In this document: in pieces, positions 33,912-40,542 of the stretch
How positions within the stretch are numbered: the stretch's first letter is position 1
Layout of the letters: every line of letters begins with the position of its first letter
NCBI GenBank assembly: GCA_947254895.1
Contig: CAMYEY010000001.1
Span: 1 to 40,542 of the forward strand
From: an uncultured Clostridia bacterium
Lineage (GTDB): Bacteria > Bacillota > Clostridia > Saccharofermentanales > DTU023
Reading direction: 5' to 3'
Length of the DNA stretch: 40,542 nucleotides
Program-made: the position numbers and the translations under genes
The notes under the pieces: model-generated
What the model was told of the DNA's origin: nothing
Databases searched by the model: none
Seen by the model: only the letters and a program-made list of their open reading frames with translations

Positions 33912-33924
33912 GTAGGAGGAAGGC

Positions 33925-35727
33925 ATGAGTACAATTAAACAATTTTTCTTATTGCTGCGGATCATGTTTAAGGGGGAGGTAGTTGACACCGGTGGTACCA
34001 ACAAGGGGCTTAGCAACCGGATTAAAAACAAGGTCCTTTCTCAAGTCGTTAAGTATGGCAGCTTGCTTTTACTTATTGCTTATTTGGGTGTTTTTGCCTT
34101 CTTTACCGCTAAGGATATTGCTGATCCCGAGCTTATCATTTCGGCGGCTCTGAGGACGAGTGTCCTGTTCAGCCTGGTTTTTGGCTTGCTCTATGCTGTA
34201 TCTGTCCTCTTTTATTCAAAGGATATCAGCTTTTACTTAACCCTGCCGGTTAAGCAGGGTGTCTTGGTTGCTGTTAAGCAATTTCAAGTTTATTACTATG
34301 TCTTAGGTGTCCTCGGCCTCATCTGGGGGGTTATGACTATTATGGCAGGGATCCTGCATGGTTGTTCTGCCTCCTTCTTTATCCGGGGGATTATCTCTGT
34401 TTTAATTGGACCTGTTTGTTCCATAGCTGTTATCTGTATCGTAATTATCCTGTTGGTTTATTTTACCCGATTTGCCGCTAATAAAGACTCTTTTCAAAAG
34501 GCTATGGGTGGGGTCATGCTGGCCTTTATGTTGTTTATCATTTTTGCTATGCAGTCCCGTCAAAACTATTCTAACAACCCATCTTTTGAAGGTGCAATTG
34601 CAGCAGCAAGTCAAAGTTCTTGGTTACAGACGGTCAGCTATATCTTTTCACCGATTAGCTTTTTAATGGAAAAAACCCTCGGCGGAGCCTCTTCCTGGAC
34701 CCAGTTCTTCTATACACTGGTTTCGGTCCTCGTTTCGTTTGCTTACTGTGGTCTGCTCTATTTGGTAGCCAGTAAGTTTTACCTACCGGCTGTCCTGAAG
34801 TTGCAGGGAACAGATAACCGGGGAAATTCCGCCCTCAAAAGATCTCCTGCTGACCGGGCAAAAGCTGGGACTGGCAAGGGCCAAGTAGTTGCCTTGAGTA
34901 GCCATGACCTAAAAGTTGATACTCCTTTTAAAACCTTGGTAGGTAAGGAGTTTAAGTTGCTCAACCGGGTTCCAACCTTCTTTACCACCTATCTATTGTC
35001 AAGTCTAACAGTTCCCTTAATAGCTCTAGCCTCCGGACTTTTTGGCTTCTTTAATGCAGCAAGGCAATCGGGCGAAGCTTTTGATCTGATGGATATGATT
35101 GGCACTATCCGGTTAGGGGTTAGCGGTATAACAGCTGATCCTGACCTCCATCGGGCAGTCTTATCCTTTGGCTTGATGGCCGTTTTTGGCGCTGTAGGCT
35201 TTCTGGGAGCGACCAGTATGCAGATGAGTTCTTCCTCTATCTCACGTGAGGGTCAAGACTTTTACCTGATGAAAGTTTTGCCGGTGCCTTACACAACCCA
35301 GCTGGCAGCTAAATTGGTCCCTGCCTTGACCTTTAATTTGTTAAGCTGGATTATCATCTTTGTCCCTTTAGCAATCATTTTTGCTGTACCTTGGAGTTTG
35401 GCTATTCTCCTCATTTATATTGTAGTGGTTGGTGTGGTAACCAACCAGTTTATAGGCCTCTATATGGACATTAAACTATATCGTCTGGACTGGGAAAGTG
35501 AAGCTGAACTGGCCCGTAGGCAAAATGTTGTCTGGCTGGGTTTGTTGATTGGTCTCACCATAGCCGGCATAGAGATTGGCAGTGTCTACCTTGTTAATCG
35601 CTTTGTAGATGCCTCACTGACGGCCTATTACCTGTTGGGCTTTGGCCTGCCCCTCCTGCCATTACTTTTGATCTTGGTTATCTACTTTACCAATGGTCTT
35701 AAGAGTTTTGCCAGGATAGAGGTTTAG
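33925..35727 (+). CDS. Large polytopic ABC exporter permease (two fused permease-like halves)
   Basis: 600 aa, at least 12 hydrophobic segments. A central basic/soluble linker (RGNSALKRSPADRAKAGTGKG) is followed by LVGKEFKLLNRVPTFF, which resembles the N-terminal cap of ABC-2 permeases. The start lies 13 nt after the ATPase stop, with RBS AGGAGGAAGG. Confidence 0.7.
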   Translation: MSTIKQFFLLLRIMFKGEVVDTGGTNKGLSNRIKNKVLSQVVKYGSLLLLIAYLGVFAFFTAKDIADPELIISAALRTSVLFSLVFGLLYAVSVLFYSKDISFYLTLPVKQGVLVAVKQFQVYYYVLGVLGLIWGVMTIMAGILHGCSASFFIRGIISVLIGPVCSIAVICIVIILLVYFTRFAANKDSFQKAMGGVMLAFMLFIIFAMQSRQNYSNNPSFEGAIAAASQSSWLQTVSYIFSPISFLMEKTLGGASSWTQFFYTLVSVLVSFAYCGLLYLVASKFYLPAVLKLQGTDNRGNSALKRSPADRAKAGTGKGQVVALSSHDLKVDTPFKTLVGKEFKLLNRVPTFFTTYLLSSLTVPLIALASGLFGFFNAARQSGEAFDLMDMIGTIRLGVSGITADPDLHRAVLSFGLMAVFGAVGFLGATSMQMSSSSISREGQDFYLMKVLPVPYTTQLAAKLVPALTFNLLSWIIIFVPLAIIFAVPWSLAILLIYIVVVGVVTNQFIGLYMDIKLYRLDWESEAELARRQNVVWLGLLIGLTIAGIEIGSVYLVNRFVDASLTAYYLLGFGLPLLPLLLILVIYFTNGLKSFARIEV

Positions 35728-35864
35728 TTTTTTTGGGGGGGTACTTCTGGAAAGTTCAGGTTTTTGCCATTGCTAGGCTTTGCCTGGCAGGAAAGCGAAG
35801 ATGGTAAGGATAAAAAAGTTACAATCTTTTTATTCTCGCCAGAGACGAGGCTAAAATGGTCAAT

Positions 35865-35905
35865 AAAGAAAGACGGTAACAATTAAAAAGTTACCGTCTT
35901 TCTTT
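35865..35905. terminator. Bidirectional terminator hairpin between the convergent permease and K+ channel genes
   Basis: Perfect 16-bp arms AAAGAAAGACGGTAAC (35865-35880) / GTTACCGTCTTTCTTT (35890-35905) with a 9-nt loop. The A/T runs within the arms provide U tracts in both orientations. Confidence 0.75.
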
Positions 35906-35976
35906 AACTGCCAAAATCAGGGTCAGGATCTGTTATAAAAAATGAAAATTCAAGTAGCTTCCACCAATAAATAGCC

Positions 35977-36984
35977 TTAGACCCTTTCATCTCCTAAATG
36001 CTTCAACTTATCAACCTGTTCTTCTCTTCCCAGGACAATCAACACATCTCCGATTTTAAAGGTATAGTCGATAGGGGGATTGAAGAGCATTTTGCCGTCT
36101 TCTATTTTTTTGATTGCAAGAACAATTAGGCCTGTTTTGCTTGGGATTTGTGCCTCAAGCAAAGTTTTATTTTCCAGATAAGAGTCGGTTTTGACGATCA
36201 CTTCCTCAAGGTCTAGCTCTACATTTCCCACACTTGTGACGACATCTAAAAACGAAATGACATTTGGTTTGATCATGAGCGAGGCCATCCGTTTGCCGCT
36301 AATCTCGATGGCGGACAAGGTTTTATTTGCCCCAACCTTTAAGAGTTTTTCACTACCCGATTTACTAAGGGAGTTGGCAATAATGTAGAGCCTAGGATTT
36401 AGATTTCTTGCTGTCAGTACCGTTACGATATTGTCTACTTCGGCGTCTCGGGTTGAAATGAGTCCCTTAGCCCTTTCAATTCCAGCATGCTCTAAAACAC
36501 TTTCTTCGGTTGAGTGCCCTTCGATTACCAGAATATCGTGGTGACTATAGTCATTTAGGTCTTCGCGCTTGTCAGTGATAACTACAAAATTCAAGTTTTC
36601 ATCGACAAATTTTTTGATGATGACCTCTGCCAACTCTCCGGATCCACATATTATGTAGTGGTTCTTTAGAGCAGAAATTTTTTTATCCATTTTATTTCCC
36701 TTCCACAAATCTACAAGTTTACCTTCAACGAGTATAGCGACCACGGTTGTAAAGGTATAACCCACAATGCCAACGCCTAAAAATATCATTAGGACCGAAA
36801 AAATTTCGGATTGGTCACTGGTAGTGCCGACCTCGCCAAAACCCACAGTGGATATCGTGATGACCGTCATATACAGGGCATCCACAAAATCCACTTTTAA
36901 TAGGATCATATAGCCTATTACACCAAAAACGAGCAAGAGTATAAATGCATATAAAACAAATTTGAGTTTTCTTTTTTCCTCCAT
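35977..36984 (-). CDS. Two-TM potassium channel with cytoplasmic RCK (TrkA-N + TrkA-C) gating domains
   Basis: Selectivity filter TISTVGFGE between two TM helices. Rossmann motif IICGSGELA (RCK_N). C-terminal TrkA-C-like domain (IGDVLIVLG). The start is chosen at ATG 36984 after GAGGTGGAGG. Confidence 0.88.
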   Translation of the reverse strand: MEEKRKLKFVLYAFILLLVFGVIGYMILLKVDFVDALYMTVITISTVGFGEVGTTSDQSEIFSVLMIFLGVGIVGYTFTTVVAILVEGKLVDLWKGNKMDKKISALKNHYIICGSGELAEVIIKKFVDENLNFVVITDKREDLNDYSHHDILVIEGHSTEESVLEHAGIERAKGLISTRDAEVDNIVTVLTARNLNPRLYIIANSLSKSGSEKLLKVGANKTLSAIEISGKRMASLMIKPNVISFLDVVTSVGNVELDLEEVIVKTDSYLENKTLLEAQIPSKTGLIVLAIKKIEDGKMLFNPPIDYTFKIGDVLIVLGREEQVDKLKHLGDERV

Positions 36985-37105
36985 AAGCCTCCACCTCTTG
37001 GATTGGATTATAATATAATTCATTTGGAAAAGCCTTAGTCTTGTTTTTTCAGCTGCTTAAGACTTTTATTTATGACTACTAAGCCATACATGGAGGCCTC
37101 TAGCT

Positions 37106-37114
37106 TGCTATAAT
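37106..37114 (+). promoter_or_regulatory. Extended -10 promoter element for the DUF438-family gene
   Basis: TGCTATAAT (TG at 37106-37107, TATAAT at 37109-37114). No good -35. The SD AAGGAG begins about 9 nt downstream. Confidence 0.4.
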
Positions 37115-37136
37115 AAAAAAAAAGGAGTTGAATGTT

Positions 37137-38654
37137 ATGACAAAGAAACTTGATTTAAATAAACCCGTCTATGATTTGGTTCAAGAATACCCCGAACTGG
37201 TTGAAATAATGTTAGAACTAGGATTTACAGAGATTAGTAAAAAACCTATCTTGCATTCCCTTGGAAGAGTTATGACCATCCCTAAGGGAGCAAAAATGAA
37301 AAATATCCCCATGATGGAGGTTATCTCTAGTTTGCTAGCACATGGTTTCGAGCTTGCGGGGGAGTTCCCAAAAGGGGGAACTGAAACTCACACTATGGAA
37401 ACTACGATCCAAGTAGGAAAATCCGCTGTAAACCGGGTAGAACAGCTCAAATCTTACCTGGAAAGGCTTAGTGCAGGTGAAGATCTGGAAGAGGTCAGGG
37501 CAGATTTTGCCCGCGAATTTGATGAGGTTGATGCTTCTGAAATAATGGAGGCCGAACAGGCTTTGCTAAGAGAAGGAAAGCCCCTAGATGAGGTTCAAAG
37601 GCTTTGCGACATACACTCTGCACTCTTTCATGGTGTAACAGCTGAGGAAAGAAAAAGCAAAAGCAATGAAAGTTCAGCGTTTTTCCAACTAGATCCGAAG
37701 GTCCAGGAGGCCTTGGCAAGACGAGACTCCTTTCCTAAAAAAGACTACACAAACAAAAATGCCCGTGCCGCCGAGATGGCCAAGATAGTAGGACATCCCC
37801 TTTATACCTTAACAAGGGAGAACAGTGCTCTTTCTGACCTTATTGAAAGCTTTAAAGGAAGCGGAGATAAATCCTTGATTACTGCCATCAGAGATCTTTC
37901 GATCCATTATGCAAAGAAGGGAGACCTAATTTATCCTTTGCTTAATGTAAAGTATGGCATATCAGGGCCATCTGATGTGATGTGGACGGTAGATGATGAA
38001 ATACGTGATGAGCTTGGGACACTGGCAAGAGAAGATAAGCGTGACGAAAATTGGGTTGACCGATTTAAGGCTGTTTTGCTTCGGGCTGAGGAGATGATAT
38101 ATAAAGAGCAAAATATTTTGTTTCCTATCTGTGCCGTAAATTTTAGCCAGGAAGAATGGTATGGCATTTATCGAGATTCTAAGGATTATGCGGTTTGTTT
38201 TGGCTTGGCTCGGGAAAGATGGGAGGAGGCTGAACAAACAACAAAGCTCGTTAGTAACGCAACAGATGATGAAATTGTTATGCCCGGCGGCCACCTGACC
38301 CTCGAACAACTCACGGCCATCCTCAATACGATTCCCTTGGAGATAACTTTTGTTGATGCCGCTGATATAAACCGTTTCTTCAACGAGGGTCCCAAATTAT
38401 TTAAACGTCCTAGTATGGCTATAGATCGAGATGTTTTTTCTTGCCATCCGCCCAAAATAGAACCTATGGTGCGCAAGATCATAGATGATTTCAGGGGTAA
38501 TCACCGTGATGAAGTTGTTGTTTGGATGGAAAAAGCAGGACGGACTATGCTGGTCAAGTATATGGCGGTTCGAAATAAAGAAGGAGAGTATCTTGGAACC
38601 CTTGAAATCGTCCAAGATATGAACTTTGCCAAGGAACATTTTAAGAAATCATAA
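37137..38654 (+). CDS. DUF1858 / hemerythrin-like / DUF438 / PAS-like domain protein (putative redox, O2 or metal sensor)
   Basis: The N-terminal segment LDLNKPVYDLVQEYPELVEIMLELGF is DUF1858-like. Central helical segments have hemerythrin-like H/E/D spacing (CDIHSALFH; HYAKKGDLIYPLL; EEMIYKEQNILFP). The C-terminal region EITFVD...FF....KLFKRP....R.V..CHPP is typical of DUF438/PAS proteins. ATG at 37137 after AAGGAG. Confidence 0.7.
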   Translation: MTKKLDLNKPVYDLVQEYPELVEIMLELGFTEISKKPILHSLGRVMTIPKGAKMKNIPMMEVISSLLAHGFELAGEFPKGGTETHTMETTIQVGKSAVNRVEQLKSYLERLSAGEDLEEVRADFAREFDEVDASEIMEAEQALLREGKPLDEVQRLCDIHSALFHGVTAEERKSKSNESSAFFQLDPKVQEALARRDSFPKKDYTNKNARAAEMAKIVGHPLYTLTRENSALSDLIESFKGSGDKSLITAIRDLSIHYAKKGDLIYPLLNVKYGISGPSDVMWTVDDEIRDELGTLAREDKRDENWVDRFKAVLLRAEEMIYKEQNILFPICAVNFSQEEWYGIYRDSKDYAVCFGLARERWEEAEQTTKLVSNATDDEIVMPGGHLTLEQLTAILNTIPLEITFVDAADINRFFNEGPKLFKRPSMAIDRDVFSCHPPKIEPMVRKIIDDFRGNHRDEVVVWMEKAGRTMLVKYMAVRNKEGEYLGTLEIVQDMNFAKEHFKKS

Positions 38655-38779
38655 ATGGTGAAATATTCTCCATAGGGAGCATATTGCTACGTTAATGATA
38701 GTAGTGATTCTAAAGGACCTCATCTTCTTTTCAGACCGTGACGAGAGATTTCCTGTGAAAGTCAATCTATATTTGTAAG

Positions 38780-38820
38780 AGTAAATTCCAGTTCGAAAAA
38801 TTACTCTGGAATTTAACTTT
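38780..38820 (+). terminator. Hairpin downstream of the DUF438-family gene (possible terminator)
   Basis: AAATTCCAG (38783-38791) / CTGGAATTT (38806-38814), extendable to AGT/ACT with one bulge, followed by TTT. An alternative pairing AGAGTAA/TTACTCT overlaps it. Confidence 0.4.
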
Positions 38821-38953
38821 ACAATTTAGGAAGAGTTAATACTTAACCATATATTAATACTAGTCTCTATTAAGTATGATAGAATGAACTGACTACCAGT
38901 TTTTAAAAATTGAATAACAAGCAGTATGACCAGCAGATATAGGAGATACAATT

Positions 38954-40542
38954 ATGGTGAATACAGTTCACGGGAAATGGCAGTTCAAAACACTTATAAC
39001 AATAGCGATGGTATTCTTAATAATTTTTTCAGCTATGCCATTGAGTCTATCCGCTATAGAGGATAACGACACGCAGAATGTTCAGCCAGCAGTCAATGCA
39101 GGTGATTCCAAAGTAATATCTAAAGAGAATAGTACAAAGGTGTTACCTCAAGAGAATCATACAGTGGGCGAAAATGCTGGAGAGACACCCCGAAAAATTG
39201 ATCCTCTGACCCCAATAGATGAAAGTACACAGCTTCCGGAAACGAAAGACAAAGGTGATGAACCTGGTCAAAGTAACCCTTTAGCGGCAGGTGATGATAC
39301 TGGACTGGAAGTCTCTACCCTCAACCCAATGATGGCTTTAGGATCCGGCACTCCTGGAGAAGAAAAGGCAATCACGCTTTTTAAAGATGGGAATACAGTT
39401 GATGATTTTGGTACCTTAAAGCAGGCGATAGATAAAATGTATGATCTAACAAAGGATGGGGCCACATATAATTTTATCGTACAAGTAAACAAAGATATCA
39501 ACTTAACTGAATATAGTCAGTTTGGCTTTCCCTATGGTGAAGTGACGCTAAAGAGTAAAGATCCGGCAAATCCAAGAACGATTAAAGCGAATGTTCAAGA
39601 TCATAATATGATGTTGGGAATTGTTAATGGAGCCAAGCTGACCGTAGAAAATATTATTATAGATGGTAACAATCAGGCACGTTTGCTGTGGGTGGAATCT
39701 ACTGAAGGTTTCCCCGCATCTCTTACAATCAATGACGGTACCATCTTGCAAAATGGCAAGGTCCAAGAAAATGATCAAACTAAACTTGGTGGTGCTATTT
39801 ATTGCCAATATGCTGGTTATGTTACGATTAACGGTGGCATTATTAGAAACAATGAAGCGATTCAAGCGGGTGGTGCCATTGGTTATATTGGTACGCAAAC
39901 TTTGACCATCAATGATGGAGAAATTTATGGTAACGAAGTTCCTTCTGACTCCGGATTCGGAGGAGCTATTGTATTACAGGGAAAAGGTCAGATTCAAGGC
40001 GGGAAAATATATGGAAATTCCGCTTATGATGGTGGCGGTATAGCTACAGGTAAAGATGCGAACTTAGAAATTACTGGTGGAGAAATTACTGGAAATACTG
40101 CAAGCTATGCTGGTGGCGGTATCTATTTATTCAAAAATTCAGTTGTCAAGCTTTCCGGCGGAGCAGTTTCAATGAATAAAGGGAGATATGGTGGAGGCGT
40201 AACAGCAGCATTTAATAGTAGTTTTATTATGGAAGGAAAAGGTGTTATTTCTGCTAATGAGGCTTATACCGGAGGAGGTGTTTATCCTTGGGGGACAACA
40301 CCGGCTTGTGACCTTAAATCTGGAACGATTGAAAAAAATAAGGCGAATTTTGGAGGAGGAATACGACTTAGATCACCAAAAACAAAAATAGGTGGTGTCA
40401 TCGTTCGTGAAAATATAGCCAACTATGGAGGAGGTATTTACTCAAGCATACTAGAGGGCGAGAGTATCACTATCGATGGGGTTAAACTGATTAAAAACGA
40501 AGCTTTATCAGGCGGTGGAGTTTGCTTACCACAAGGTGGAAC
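38954..40542 (+). CDS. Secreted/surface parallel beta-helix repeat protein, N-terminal 529 aa (3' end outside window)
   Basis: This ORF is not in the supplied track because it has no stop inside the window. I translated it by hand from ATG 38954 (RBS AGGAGA) and found no stop up to 40542. The signal peptide is MVNTVHGKWQFKTLITIAMVFLIIFSAMPLSLSA. It is followed by many ~25-30 aa repeats of the type G(G/E)I..N.A..GGGI(Y)......L.I.GG (polymorphic-membrane-protein / pectate-lyase-like beta-helix). Confidence 0.8.
   Translation, partial: MVNTVHGKWQFKTLITIAMVFLIIFSAMPLSLSAIEDNDTQNVQPAVNAGDSKVISKENSTKVLPQENHTVGENAGETPRKIDPLTPIDESTQLPETKDKGDEPGQSNPLAAGDDTGLEVSTLNPMMALGSGTPGEEKAITLFKDGNTVDDFGTLKQAIDKMYDLTKDGATYNFIVQVNKDINLTEYSQFGFPYGEVTLKSKDPANPRTIKANVQDHNMMLGIVNGAKLTVENIIIDGNNQARLLWVESTEGFPASLTINDGTILQNGKVQENDQTKLGGAIYCQYAGYVTINGGIIRNNEAIQAGGAIGYIGTQTLTINDGEIYGNEVPSDSGFGGAIVLQGKGQIQGGKIYGNSAYDGGGIATGKDANLEITGGEITGNTASYAGGGIYLFKNSVVKLSGGAVSMNKGRYGGGVTAAFNSSFIMEGKGVISANEAYTGGGVYPWGTTPACDLKSGTIEKNKANFGGGIRLRSPKTKIGGVIVRENIANYGGGIYSSILEGESITIDGVKLIKNEALSGGGVCLPQGG

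Noticed and set aside
35728-35741. T7G7 homopolymer junction right after the permease stop codon. G6 runs also occur at 14554-14559, 22831-22836 and 25993-25998.
   Set aside because: The tracts are short for phase variation. The T7G7 lies in a non-coding 3' region with no downstream gene in that orientation. It is mentioned only as a possible boundary marker of the AT-rich block.

Overview
This is a chromosomal segment from a mid-GC Gram-positive bacterium (Firmicutes, Clostridia-like). The taxonomic call rests on an LPXTG sorting signal, ECF-type vitamin S-components, the synteny blocks rpsF-ssb-rpsR-rplI-dnaB and tilS-hpt-ftsH, and class 3 FBPase. Almost everything is housekeeping and lies on the + strand.

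Gene order:
- 3' end of an LPXTG surface protein
- rpsT
- FMN riboswitch-ribU
- a cdaA(-cdaR fusion)-glmM operon followed by an orphan membrane protein, convergent with a VanY-type peptidase
- rpmE, prmC, prfA, tsaC, ywlE-like phosphatase
- rpsF-ssb-rpsR, rplI, dnaB
- tilS-hpt-ftsH
- class 3 fbp and a PfkB sugar kinase
- a second ftsH paralogue
- TPP riboswitch-thiT (minus strand)
- a lipoprotein serpin
- leuS, maf, tRNA-Ser(GGA)
- a looser accessory stretch: flavodoxin, SDR oxidoreductase, a two-gene ABC exporter, an RCK-gated K+ channel, and a DUF1858/hemerythrin/DUF438 sensor-like protein
- the 5' part of a secreted beta-helix repeat protein running off the window

I see no CRISPR array, transposase, integrase, prophage or recognisable defence system, and no convincing multi-gene novel system.

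The most unusual items I can support:
1. An in-frame CdaA-CdaR (diadenylate cyclase-YbbR) fusion, followed after glmM by an orphan membrane protein that looks like a catalytically degenerate amidase_3 fold.
2. A lipoprotein serpin with an inhibitory-type reactive-centre loop.
3. Two complete FtsH paralogues about 3 kb apart.
4. Several unexplained structured or repeat-bearing intergenic regions: upstream of cdaA, upstream of the SDR gene, and a recurring GATAGGCTAGC hairpin.
5. An AT-rich tail of the window carrying the K+ channel, the sensor-like protein and the beta-helix protein.

All functional calls come from motif and pattern recognition by eye. No database searches were run.
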